From Adineta vaga (taxonomy: Eukaryota; Animalia; Rotifera), in assembly GCA_021613535.1 (NCBI GenBank), contig CP075496.1, forward strand, positions 11,904,001 through 11,968,000: DNA of 64,000 bases, in the 5' to 3' direction. Position 1 is the first letter of the stretch. Every line of letters begins with the position of its first letter. Positions 11,444 to 22,528 of the stretch are shown here, in pieces. The position numbers and the translations under genes are program-made. The notes beneath the pieces are model-generated. The model did not search any database. It was not told where the DNA came from and saw nothing but the letters and a program-made list of their open reading frames with translations.

Positions 11444-12685
11444 ATGAATAACAAAACTGAATGTATTCTTCTTAATAATTCATCAATTTGTATGAATGAT
11501 GGATCAATTATCGAAAATAGTTTATTTATTTCAATCTGTTCTATTCTTCTCATTATTGTTATGATTATTGGTGTCATTGGAAATCTTCTAGTTATCTATG
11601 TTGTACTGAATTATGGTCGATTAAAAACAGTTACCAATACATATCTATTACATTTAGCTTTATCTGATCTTGTTTTCTTAAGTGGTATTCCATTTTTTGT
11701 TTCATCTTTAATTACTCGTGCTTGGATATTTGGTGGATTTGTTTGTAAATTGTTTTTTCTTACTCAAGGTGTGAATCAATATACATCCATTATTATTCTA
11801 GCTTTACTCTCATTTGATCGATATTTAGCTGTTTGTTATTCAGCTAAATCTATTCTATGGCGTTCGCGTGTAAATCCAAATTTATTATTAATATTAACAT
11901 GGCTACTTTCATTTATTTTAATGTTACCTATTATTGTATTTACAACAGCTCAACCTGTTTCACCATCGAAAGTTCAATGTACAGTTAATTTTCCTCATCC
12001 GGAATCTCGTTTACTCTATTCTATATATATTGCCTATTCGTCAACAATAACATTTGTATTTCCGCTTAGTTTAATGACACATTTTTATATAAGAATTGTT
12101 CGACGATTAAAACATCGTGTATCTCAACAACATCGTCGTTCACGAACATCGATTCGTACTCGACGTAAAGTATCCGTTTTAGTTCTAGCCGTAATTAGTG
12201 TACATATTTGTTGTTGTTCACCTTATTGGGCATTTCAAGTTGTGACAATAAATGAATTAATTCCTCCAACAAGTTCTTTTCTTGTTCCAACGTCAAGTAT
12301 CTGTCAATTTCTTCTATTTGTTAATTCGTCGACAAATCCCGTTTTATATGCATTTCTAAGTGAAAATTTTCGTTCAAGCTTTAAACGTGTTTTCTATTGT
12401 TGTTTATCAACAAATGATGATCCATATTTACATGAAAAAACTGCAATTAAACGAAATATAACATTACCATCGTCTCAAAATGATTCACATCTAATAAAAA
12501 AACAAAAAATTCCAATGAAAACAATCGTATCAGATAGTCGAAATTCGGAAACAACATTGAATAATCAACGTTTATCAATTTCAACGAAATATACGACTCA
12601 ACTTTATGGACAATGTCGACATTTATCACTTGCACCAACCGTGTCAATACTTAGTTCCGAAGCATCGTTTGCTTCGGATATGTAA
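11444..12685 (+). CDS. Rhodopsin-family neuropeptide GPCR, somatostatin/allatostatin-C receptor-like, intronless
   Basis: GNLLVIYVV..LKTVTNTYLLHLALSD, W.FG..VCK, NQYTS, DRYLAV, RRKVS.LVL, NSSTNPVLYAFLSENFR; seven hydrophobic helices. Confidence 0.88.
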   Translation: MNNKTECILLNNSSICMNDGSIIENSLFISICSILLIIVMIIGVIGNLLVIYVVLNYGRLKTVTNTYLLHLALSDLVFLSGIPFFVSSLITRAWIFGGFVCKLFFLTQGVNQYTSIIILALLSFDRYLAVCYSAKSILWRSRVNPNLLLILTWLLSFILMLPIIVFTTAQPVSPSKVQCTVNFPHPESRLLYSIYIAYSSTITFVFPLSLMTHFYIRIVRRLKHRVSQQHRRSRTSIRTRRKVSVLVLAVISVHICCCSPYWAFQVVTINELIPPTSSFLVPTSSICQFLLFVNSSTNPVLYAFLSENFRSSFKRVFYCCLSTNDDPYLHEKTAIKRNITLPSSQNDSHLIKKQKIPMKTIVSDSRNSETTLNNQRLSISTKYTTQLYGQCRHLSLAPTVSILSSEASFASDM

Positions 12686-14614
12686 AGTTTGTTTTGCTTA
12701 ATGTTCTTTTTCTTCATCAATTTATATATGTTGTATTCGTCTATTGTTCAGATTCTTCGAGTTTACGAGGAATAAAACAAAACAAAACATTCATGAACTT
12801 CGATAGTAAAAAACTCCTCGGTGAATTCAAACGATATTGTAAGATTTTCAATATCATTACGGAAACAATTATACCAGAAAAGAAATGTAGAGATCGGTTG
12901 TAAAAGTATTTTTCTAATACACTCACCATTCCTATCGTTTTATCAAATCCTCTAACTGATTACGTGTGACGAAGTTTTGCTCTTCCAAATAATTAATTTA
13001 AGCATTAAATCTTTGCCATCTGTATATAATTGAACTAATTTGAAATTTTGTTTTTTTTAAGTAATTGAATTGCTTTTATATTCAGTTTCTATTCATAAAT
13101 CCAATTTTGAGAACTTGTATATTATATTATAACTGTCTAATCAAAAGAAAAACTAGTCTTGAGGGCATATCGACCAGATATATATATTTTGTGACTTCAT
13201 ACTGCGAGAAATGGAAGGGCATGTTTTATTTATTCTCTTTATTTCTAAACAAAATAAGTATTACATTCATATTTCTAATTAGAAATTCTTAAATAATATG
13301 TCGGACACAATATAAGATATGTTGGATTATGCTTTGTTTTGTGTATTAGACGGATAGAGAACAGATGTTAATTAAGTAATAGCGGTATTATTATAAAACA
13401 TATTTGCATAAAAAAATCTTTTTTTAGTTTTGTTGAAAGAATTATATATAACAAAGAAACATCGGATGGAAGTAAAGTCATTGAATAAAAACCGTAGGAA
13501 CATTTTTATTTGTTAAATATCTTTAGATGTTTCATAGATGAAAAGAAACTTCAATCTTTCCGTAGAAAACATTCTTAAACATACCCGTTCTTTTTTCATT
13601 ATATATTAGAATCTATCCAATTGCATTTTTTTCCTCAATGCCTTATCAACAACAACAACAACAACAACCACTACAAGTTAATTTAAACAGAGAAAATATT
13701 TCTTTCTTTAATTTCCATACATAAGTATCTATCTCTTTGTGAAATCAAATCTGTCATATATTATTATTGTCATTCATCCAACTATCAATATTGTTCTAAG
13801 AAGGATAAAGAAATGCTATTTGATCTTATGAAGAAGAAAAAAAACTTCCTCTCTTTTATTCGTTCAACTTAATTGTAAGTTACGAAGGAGAACATACATA
13901 AATAATTAGCATTATCAAAAATATTTATTAACAATTCAATCGTTTAGTACATTTGTCAACATATGAGATCAAATATCTGACCTGTTGATTTGCATATTCA
14001 ATCGATGTTTATAAGAGAGAACGAGATGACTCGAAAATTATTTCTCTATATGTTATAAACATAGTTGAGAAACGTGGGTAAATATGAAAAAAAAATGTAT
14101 TTCATGTCATTGAATCGTTTCGAAAGAATAACAAATTGTATGATTTCTATTCGGCCTGTTGGCTAAAATAAATATGACATACAGATGTAACGATGCTTAT
14201 ATTAACTCTCAAGGAGAATACAGAACAAAATGAAAATATCATGTTGAGATTATGTCAATCAAAATCTCATTTTGAATTTTGACTTCAGTATTCAAGATTT
14301 TATTTTGAAAAATATTCTACATTGCTTTTTTTTTCAAAAAATAAATTACCAAAAAAACTATATGAATGTATATATCACATATTCAATCGGTGTTGTTGAA
14401 AGATAAAGAAAACGAAAATTTCTATTCACTCGTTTAGTTTTTATAACTTATTGCTCAAGTAGATTCGATTTGTTTTCGTCTTGCAACAAACTTGTTTGAA
14501 TATAAATAGCAATAGAAAACAGAAAAACAGTCTTTATATCTTACACAGATTATTTTGCTTACAAACTATCATCAGAGAAAACAAAAGCGATTTTTGAGAG
14601 ATTTTTCTTGCCAT

Positions 14615-15254
14615 TTAGAAATCCATTAAGATATCATCAAAATCATCATTGAATACGTTTGTTGGCAAGACATTTGCTTGAATTTGTACAGGAATTGATG
14701 ACGAAGAAAATATATCATCGAAATTAGAATCAGATATTTGTTCATCTGATGGGAAAAGTGCAAGCCATTGGTTTATTAAATGTATTTGATAAGTTCGTAG
14801 TTGAACATAGGCTATCGTGAGTGACAAGATGAGTTTGTAATTGAAATTTATGATCTTCTAGCATTTGAATATTCATATATAATTTCTGTTCTTGATCTTC
14901 TAAAGCATCAATTTGTCCTTGCAAGTCTTGTTCAACATTTAATCGACTTATTCGAACACGTTCAGCGGCAGCACGATTTCGTGCTCGTCTTAATTCACGC
15001 TTTTGTTCTTCATCAGGAGTTAATGTTTCATATTTCGATCGACGACCGGTTGCTAAAGTTGGAGCTGGTTTCTTACGTGGTTTAACTTTGATTGGACCAA
15101 ATTCAATAGTATCATTATCATCAAATGATGTTGGACTATTGTCTACTGAATTCGTATGATATTGTAAAGTATCTGATGGACATCCTCCCGTTTCGATACG
15201 TTCAGAATTCGATTGGGATTCCTGACTGTCTGAATGTAGTTTATCCATACACAT
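14615..15254 (-). CDS. Fos/ATF3-like bZIP transcription factor; bZIP ORF ends at 14742 and the acidic tail lies in the +1 frame to 14615
   Basis: GRRSKYETLTPDEEQKRELRRARNRAAAERVR basic region, Leu heptads and the Fos-type H-x3-C (THDSLC) after the zipper. Confidence 0.8.
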
Positions 15255-15327
15255 TATCAATAGTTCGATGTACGATAAATCTGATCGTATACGATGATGT
15301 TACTGTCGGTATTTTAATAGTCGATGT

Positions 15328-15520
15328 CCTTATATAACGTTTGACTCCCCCCCACATTTTTTTCTGTTCTGTAAAAAAGGACCTCTGAAAAAAGACGCAT
15401 CAGGAAACACGATGTAAAAACCAAAAGAAAGAAGAAGAAAAAGAGAAACATAGATTGACGTATACGCATGACACATGGTTGTTTTCTTTTGCTTTATGAC
15501 ACTAAATTCACGTCAGAATT
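15328..15520 (-). promoter_or_regulatory. TATA box and CRE-like half sites upstream of the Fos-like gene
   Basis: TATATAA at ~15330-15337, TGACG at ~15457 and CACGTCA at ~15509-15515. Confidence 0.5.
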
Positions 15521-16619
15521 GATATGACGATGGCGAAGAGAGCATAAGTTTTTTTCTTTCATTCTTTTATTCCTTCCGTCTGTTTTTTTCCCGTGAGAGA
15601 AAAGAGTTCGTCTGAGAGACTCTTATTTGTAAATAGTAGAGTGCGTGGTGTTGAATCAATAGTGAAGGAGGTTTGCATACACATGTGTAGAGTTAATCAT
15701 ACGGGATATAGATACAACATATAAAATGATTTATTTTGGAGTGGGATGAATATTAAGTAGGGTTTAAATACTATATATTTCAAATGAAATATAATTTAGA
15801 TTTAGAAATTTTGAATAGTTTTATTACGTTTTAATAAATTCTTATATATATATATATGAAAGTGATTTTGATTCTTACTCATCGATACTACTATATGTCA
15901 GAATGATTGTTCGCATGGCAAAAGGTCATCTAAAAATATTATATACATGCATCAGTGGAATTATATAAACTCACCTTCAGATACAATTATTAATACATAT
16001 GAAAAATATACTTCAAGTACCTGACATACTACTGTTGTTGATAAGAAAGAAAGATCATATCAAAAATATCTTGTTTGCATTTAGCAAACTTTCTATTTGA
16101 TATGACATGTATATCAACAAACACAAATAGAGATGTATGAATCTCTAAAACAAAGAAAGATTTTATGCTGTATCTTCTTACAAAATAAGATAAAGCTATT
16201 CCATGGATTTGCTTGAATAGTAGATAAAATTAATTAAACCAAATAGAAATTAGCTTGATTATTAGTGATATTCCATATTGATTCTCAAATAATTAATCAA
16301 CAGACTATTAATTAGATACATAAATTGAATTTCTAAAAATAAAATATACTGTTAGTCATCTTCTAATTTAGATATTTCATCTATTAATGTGTTAACAAAC
16401 GTCATAAATTAGATTATATTCACTTTAGAATAGAAAGAAACATTAGATACCTTATTTTCAATGAGTTCAACGAAGTTTTCTCGTATAAATATGCATTCCA
16501 ATTAGAATAACTTCATATACACGTCTAATGACGAAGAAACCATACATACTATATGCTTCTTATTTCTTGTCTTATAATTTATTCTTTTTGTTTTAACAAT
16601 ATCAACAAAACAATATTGA

Positions 16620-16629
16620 TTGACGTCAA
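16620..16629. promoter_or_regulatory. Perfect palindromic CRE (TTGACGTCAA) ~1.4 kb upstream of the Fos-like gene
   Basis: TGACGTCA at 16621-16628, with GCGTAA and TGATGTCA variants within ~70 bp. Confidence 0.4.
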
Positions 16630-17991
16630 ATCTCTATGTATGAGACGCATTCTCCTACCTACCAACGTGCGTAACTCATAGCATGATGTCATCTATATCC
16701 AATAGAAAAAGAAGGAGTAAATGGAATTATAGATGACTCTATTGCTATAGTAAAATCTATTTAACATTATGAAAATAAATAGAATTAATTAGACATCTCT
16801 TGAAAGCTTTTGACATTGTTCAAAATATCGTGATTATTTTCTCGATAAATTTTATCATTTCATCTCTTGAACATATAAAAATCGAAATAGCAAAACTAAT
16901 TATTTTGAATACGATAAATATTAATATGAACGGTATATTCTCTTATTTTTCAATGTTATTGATCAAATTTTGATGACATTCTATGACCAAACAAAGTGAG
17001 AAATGATAATGATCCATGTAAATAAACATCTTTGATAACCGATAGCGAATCATTTTTATTTACATCTATCACTAAAAATAATATCATTTTTGACATGTTT
17101 TATTCAATTTATTTTCTGAGACATACAGATTTCAATATTTATATCTTAATATAGGAAAAGATAAGAATTCAATTAGAAAGAGTCATGAAAAAAGATGTTT
17201 TTGTATCATCTTGACATATGTGATTGATTGAATAAGGTCGTTGAAGTATAACCACAGAGCATGTCTTCTCATAGGTCATCATGGGATCTTTAATTTTTAC
17301 CAAAAGTGTCATCTGAAATACATATGTACTATCTTCGAATGATGAGGATACCAATTTGCTCAACAATCTTTTTTTCGAAAGAACATGATCGAATGTCTAT
17401 AAACATCTTGTTGACAATTCCCTTTGAAATAATTATTGAATGGACATATATTGTTGTCGGTTAAAAGCTATTATCACGATATGTCTCTAAAAACTTTGTC
17501 AATCTTCACCAATGTCATCAAAAAGATTGTGGGCGGCAGGCAATGATTGTCATTTTCTTTAATGCACATTTTTATAATTTATATCTTTTCAATTCAAATT
17601 GTGTAAATTGAATATGAAAGCAACTTTATTTTATTTATGATCAATAGGAATAACAAAACAGCATCATATGATGAAAGTTACAAATTTAGCACAATAGTCA
17701 ATATTGTCGTATCTTGTTATGTGATCATGTTTTATTTCTAAAGATTCATTTAAACAATTTGCTTTTATTCCGCACGATAAACTCATATGATTTCTATAGA
17801 ATCATCATTTGAAAGAAAGGGGTTTGTCTTCAACAACAATAATCGAATGAATTAATATTAAATCTTCTGATGCTTTTTAGACCATCACGAGGAAAACTAT
17901 GTATAATAAAAGGTTTCAATTAATATTCACCTCAATAATCTAACAGGCGTGCTATATAGTAATTCGCTACATAATAAACTTATTACAATAC

Positions 17992-18391
17992 TGATGTAGT
18001 TATCCGTAATGCCTCAATTAAGAACTTGTTTTTGATAGATGGTTTCTTTTTTCTCCAGGAAATTATTACTGTTCTTATATAGCATACCTTATGAATTTCT
18101 GATGTATTCCTCCCTCTTCAAGAAGGTTTACCAATGTCATTCTTCTATTATAACAATCTTAAATGAATGTTATGGGTTCTATATTGCATTTTAACATTAT
18201 ATGTCAATGTCCCTCTCATCTCTGAGTATAAGTGAGTTCTTTCAAATATTTATTGATTTGAAATCTCTTGTTATAACCACCTGCATCCGATATTTCTTCA
18301 CTCTCGCACTTCATTAGAATTAATTATTCATCATTTTCATTTAACTTTGAGTATTATTATTTGTTAATAGTCTTTCATTAACTATTTGTAC
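17992..18391 (-). pseudogene. Decayed RNI/NLRC3-type leucine-rich-repeat fragment
   Basis: After an acceptor (aaaacag), broken frames read VQIVNERLLTNNNT, EEISDAGG..FQINKYLKEL and EALRITTS, resembling LRR_RI repeats (IxDxG..LxxNxTLxxL). Many stops and frameshifts. Confidence 0.4.
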
Positions 18392-19610
18392 CTGTTTTAA
18401 AGAAAAGATTAGAAAAAAAAGTATTTTACTAGTAGACTTAAGATGAGAACATTTTGAGAGTTATTTATGTCAAAAACATTTCCTTTATGGAACACTTATG
18501 ATCTAATCCATAAAACAAAATTATATTCAAGACGAAAAATAGCACTGTATGAATTTAGTTGAAATGATGTTGATAGTTCAAACAGTATAATTTAACGTAC
18601 TCGAGTAAACAGTGTCTAATTTGAGAAAATCAAAACGCATACCTATGACTAATTAAATCATATGTCACAACTTTCCCATTATGCAATTAAATTTGAGAAA
18701 TTCGATTGAATGATTTGTATATTTTAATGTAAATAATCTTTATATACATATTTCAATTATAACGAGTCTGAAGTAATGATTATGAGCGTTCCAGGCATTG
18801 ATTAACTAAACAACTATTTAAGAAAGATCAATAGAAGTTGGATGCAGTATGAAAAGAACTCATCTATTTATGGAAAAAAACATAATCTCACGTGCCAGAT
18901 ACTTTATAATGATGGAGACACTTAAAATTAATAGTTTATCCTAATGTTCATTGACATGCACACATAAATGTATACTGTATGATCTATGTGTATTAGATGT
19001 CTTTGTCCAAAATTTCCTATAAGCCATAAAATAAATGAATAAAATATGATCTACTAATATCATGATGGTGTGTTAAGCACCTTATGCAGTCAAGTTAATG
19101 TAAAGGAAATGCTAAGCGTATCTGAAACAACAAAAAAGTTAAGAATTTCTCTCTTTTATAATTATCTTTCTATAGAATAAATTAGAAACTTTTCTACGAT
19201 CTTTTTTTTTTATTTTATAAATATTATTCAAAGAAAATAATTGCTTTTTTTTATTAGAACTTTAATACAAGGAAAAAAAGAATCATGAGCGACAAACGTT
19301 GCTTTTTTTCTACAAGGGAGACGTTCAGTTTATTTCTGAACATAATTGTAATAATGCTGACAGAAGAGAGGTAAAACTTCATTCCAACATGTCAGAATTC
19401 ATCTATCTGATCCACATGAATACATACGTTCTCATTAGTTAGGATTCTCTGACATCTGCTCATTCATGAATTCCCTTGAATATAAGGGTGAGATACATTT
19501 AGAATAGACTTACGTCTGTGCTTAGACTTTTTGAAAAGATTCCTTTCGGTAAACGACAATTGTTTACAATTATATTACTATTATTTAGAAAATAGCATAA
19601 CAAGTTTAAT

Positions 19611-22351
19611 ATGTTCAATGAATCAATGAGCAATTGTAAAGATCAAGACTGGGAACGACCTGCTTTAGCTTCTTGTCGTATATTAAAATGGATTGGTGTT
19701 TATCTTTGTTTTACTTTTCTTTGTGGTATTGTACTTAATGGAATTATTTTAAATATTCTTCGTGAAAAGAGACATCGTCGATCACCAATTGATATATTCA
19801 TAATGGCTTTATGTTTTTCTGATCTTTTAGCTGCTGTATTAGGTATACCGTTACCATTAACATCTAATTTAGCTTGTCGGTAAGAGAAAAGAAAATTTTT
19901 CTTTTTTATTGAATATTAGAATTGTTGTTTGTTTAGATGGTTATATGGTAAATATTTATGTTATTATGAAGGTTTTATTGCATATTTTGTTGGAATGGTT
20001 GGACTTTATTTATTTACTTCTTTATCATTGAATAGGTTTGAAAAATTTCATTAATAAATAAAATAATTCTTGTAAAAATTTCAATAGATATTGGATGATT
20101 GTAACACCCAAAAGGGAAAATTTAGTGACATTTCGGTCTGCTTATATATCAGTTTTATTATCTATATTTGGTGGATTATTTTGGGCAACACCACCTATAT
20201 TCGGTTGGTAAGTGAATACATATAATTACTTTGAAAAATTAACGAAATAAACTGACTATATATGTAGTATTCGAGACAATATCTTTCATTAACTAATATA
20301 GACTTGATATAGAGTATTTCTAGATGACAAGAGAATTTTCATCGAGGAAGAATTAAATAATGTACTAATTGTTCTCTATTGTGTTACTTAGTTCTTGCCT
20401 TTTTATTTTTCATGATAGTTAATGATGAGGAAGTGTGTTAGAAAATCTAGGCTCATTCTATTAAACAAACTCGATGTATAGATAATATTTTTAATAAATT
20501 GTTAGTCGATACTTTTAAAACAATAGTCAAAAGTTTACACGTGTCAAGGGAAGAGGGGAGCGAGTCCTTGGAAACTTCTGTCGATAAGTTTAGCAAATTA
20601 CAGTACATTTCAGTAATGATATATGATACTAGTATATGAAATATCAGACTATTTATGAATATTTTATGCATTGTTTAGGAATGATTATACATTAGAAGGT
20701 GTTCGAACATCATGTTCCATATGTTGGCAAGATCGATCAACTAATGTCATGAGTTATAATATTCTTATGTTTATTTTTGCTTACATTGTGCCATTATTTG
20801 TCATGATTTATTGTAATATCTGTATATATCTAAAGGTAAATTTTATTAATTATTTGTTCACATCATAAATCGTTGAGTATATCTATTTGAAAAAATAGGT
20901 ACGACAAGCTTCGAAAAACAGAAAGCTGTGGAGAATACATTCATTTTCATCTAAATTACATACAAAACAGAAAAGAATGGAACAACATACGGCCAAGTCA
21001 ATTTTTCTAATTATTCGTAAGTTTATTAATGCACTGTATTCTAGTGAGGGTAATGAGATGTAAAAATTATATGTAGACTCTTTCCACTTTATTTGAACTA
21101 GAAACATATTTCTCATTAAAACAAATATATCCGCTTTGATTTTTTCATCTGACCTGTTTTTTTTTATCATATTTTGTTCGGTTATCATCATTTATCTCTG
21201 AATTATATAGTAAAAAGAACATTAGATTTTCAATGGGATTGTAATATATTTTGGGAGGGTGTGGATGTTTATCATTACACGAATACGCTCCAATAAGTGA
21301 GCACTTTCATTTGCCGCTAGACATACTAAATGATAAAAATATCTACTTAGGAAATCCTCTTCACTTTATTTTGAAATAAGCAGCAACAAATGCTATTTAT
21401 TAAGCTGGATTGATTAATTTAATCTTTTTGTTACATACACATGTGAAGTATTTATATGCTTAAGATTTTCTTCGGCATAAGATATTCTAGTTTTATATTG
21501 TTGTTCAAAGAAATACTCATAGAATACTTTTGAGCATTTAATCATAAACGATTGAAGCCATACGAGTACGATTAAAGAATGTTTTTTTGTTCTTTATTTA
21601 TGAATAAACACGACAGGTGACATTTTCATCTAGAATAGTATTAAATTTTTATATCATCTTCTTTTATGTATTACACTTGCCTAAGTCTTCATAATAATTA
21701 TGATTATTTCTATCTGTCGAGCAATGTATTCTAAGAAGATTCCATTAAAACATCATCATCAACAACATGATGATGATGTCATTCTAAACAAAGTAACAAA
21801 TTAAGAATTTTTAAAATCTTATCTTACATAATAGATAGAATCGATGATTAAAATCTTAAACATTTAAATAGATAACTAAAGTACTAATTGTTTGTCTTCG
21901 TATCTATTTTGATTTTAATCTACTTATACTCAAAATGATATATTTAGTGACATTTATCATTGCATGGACACCATATGCTATTGTTGCATTTATTTCATCA
22001 TTTTTTTCTCCAACTTTAATTTCTCCATTAGTTGGAACAATACCAGGTGAATTAATTTCAATTTCTTTTATCAAAATCGAATTTCTAGTTCTTTTTTTTT
22101 AACTAGCTATATTTGCTAAATCATCAATATATTTCAATCCACTTATTTATATCATTACAAATTCTCATATTCGTGGAAAGATCTATTCATGGCGAAAACA
22201 GATCAGACAATTAAATAGTTTGTTTTTTTTGAAAAATATGATAATTCTTCTTTTAATTAATTCGATTCTTTTAATTTAAGGTGGTGATTCATTAATCGAA
22301 AAATATGAATTGACAACTACACCAACTAATATTCGATTCAGACTGGGTTAA
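19611..22351 (+). CDS. Opsin, xenopsin/c-opsin-like (8 exons)
   Basis: Spliced 7TM: SPIDIFIMALCFSD, LCYYEGFIAYFVG, LNRYW, PPIFGW|NDYTLEGVRTSCSICW, AWTPYA, P|AIFAKSSIYFNPLIY with the retinal-binding Lys296 equivalent (AAA 22118-22120). Last exon ends RFRLG* (22349-22351). Confidence 0.92.
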
Positions 22352-22528
22352 TTTTGACTTTGAAATCGAAATAAGAATTCTTTATTGATTGATTGATTTC
22401 TTATTATCCTAATTCTAATTTATTTATATATATTTAAATATTTTCAAACGAATACAACAATAAAATATATCTACGAAGGTTAGATTAAAAGAAAAACAAA
22501 CGAATGAATGAATCTTTTCAATGGTGTT

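Noticed and set aside
14742-14830. IRE1/XBP1-type unconventional splicing to explain the bZIP frameshift
   Set aside because: No paired CNGCNG stem-loops are visible, the needed shift (1 mod 3) differs from the 23/26-nt XBP1 introns, and the bZIP is Fos-like.
17169-17560. 65-aa ORF and nearby coding-like sequence
   Set aside because: No recognisable motif or consistent exon structure.
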